64,000 nucleotides of DNA from Octopus vulgaris. Taxonomy: Eukaryota. This document shows, one piece after another, positions 63,371 through 64,000 of the stretch (position 1 is its first letter; the number at the start of each line of letters is the position of its first letter). The stretch lies in contig OX597816.1 of assembly GCA_951406725.2 (NCBI GenBank), positions 101,928,001 to 101,992,000 on the forward strand, given 5' to 3'. Both the position numbers and the translations under genes were made by a program. The notes below the pieces were generated by a model that had not been told where the DNA came from, searched no databases, and was given only the letters and a program-made list of their open reading frames with translations.

Positions 63371-64000
63371 TGTCATTTGACCTGCTAGAAATAGTTATCT
63401 AACTGCACTCAAATCATACTCTGCTACCTTAAAAAGAAGACACATTGAATAATGTATTCCTGCTTACTATATATCTGGAAAAAAGATAAAGTTGTTATGG
63501 TTTCAATGCCTTTGACTATAGGTCAGCTTGACCAGAACTAACTTAGGGGTCAAGCAACAACAATCTTCACCCACCATTATTCTACAACCACAGTACCAAT
63601 AGACAAGAAAGCTAAGGATATTGCCCATATAATTCAAGCTTAAAAGAAAAAACATAAAACAAATTTATATTATCTACTTCCAATCTTCCAATTTTCTATT
63701 CTGTCACTCTTCATTTCTAGAATGTTCCTCAGAATAATTTTTGAAGATTTTTTTTCTGTTTGTATGACAGCAACACCTGTTTTGTAAGATTAATGTTTTG
63801 TTTCTTGTTCTTTTTTCTTTTTTATTATAATTATGTTTATCAATTATTTTCATACAATTTGTTATCTTTATAGTTTTTGATAATGCTTTGACTTTGGATA
63901 TATGAATATATAAATATATATAAACATATTTTTCATATACATACACAAGTGCACATGCACACACACATACACAAACAAACCATACACTCTGTCAAGTAGT

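Noticed and set aside
63086-63402. Overlapping ORFs rich in MYVC / HTYI
   Set aside because: Translations of the (ATGT)n microsatellite, not genes. The same applies to 61501-61800, 49476-49661 and 33389-33643.

Overview
AT-rich, repeat-dense animal genomic DNA. The SINE, RTE and MITE repertoire suggests an octopod cephalopod (inference). The window holds the 5' part of a minus-strand CDK5RAP2/centrosomin/myomegalin-family gene. Three phase-consistent coding exons (9565-9641, 5018-5085, 32-136) encode the CM1/gamma-TuNA motif (MKECEQLIEELRKENFSLKLRIYFLED). A probable start-codon exon and promoter lie near 60.36-60.57 kb, which would make most of the window one ~50.7 kb intron. That intron is filled with mobile elements: two 5'-truncated HERO-clade (RT + restriction-like endonuclease) non-LTR retrotransposons, RTE remnants, mariner and Tc1 relics, piggyBac- and Tigger-type MITEs, several tRNA-derived SINE families and microsatellites. 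CR1-like and L1/Tx1 remnants lie in the downstream introns. The most striking observation is in the HERO 3' UTR, which carries every hammerhead-ribozyme core element (GUC, GAAA, CUGAUGA, stems I-III) in a non-circularly permuted, pseudoknotted order not matching types I-III. Separately, a tRNA-headed SINE with a Penelope-style hammerhead-like body was inserted as a single ~470 bp fold-back. Most repeat boundaries are approximate and family names come from motif recognition, not database searches.
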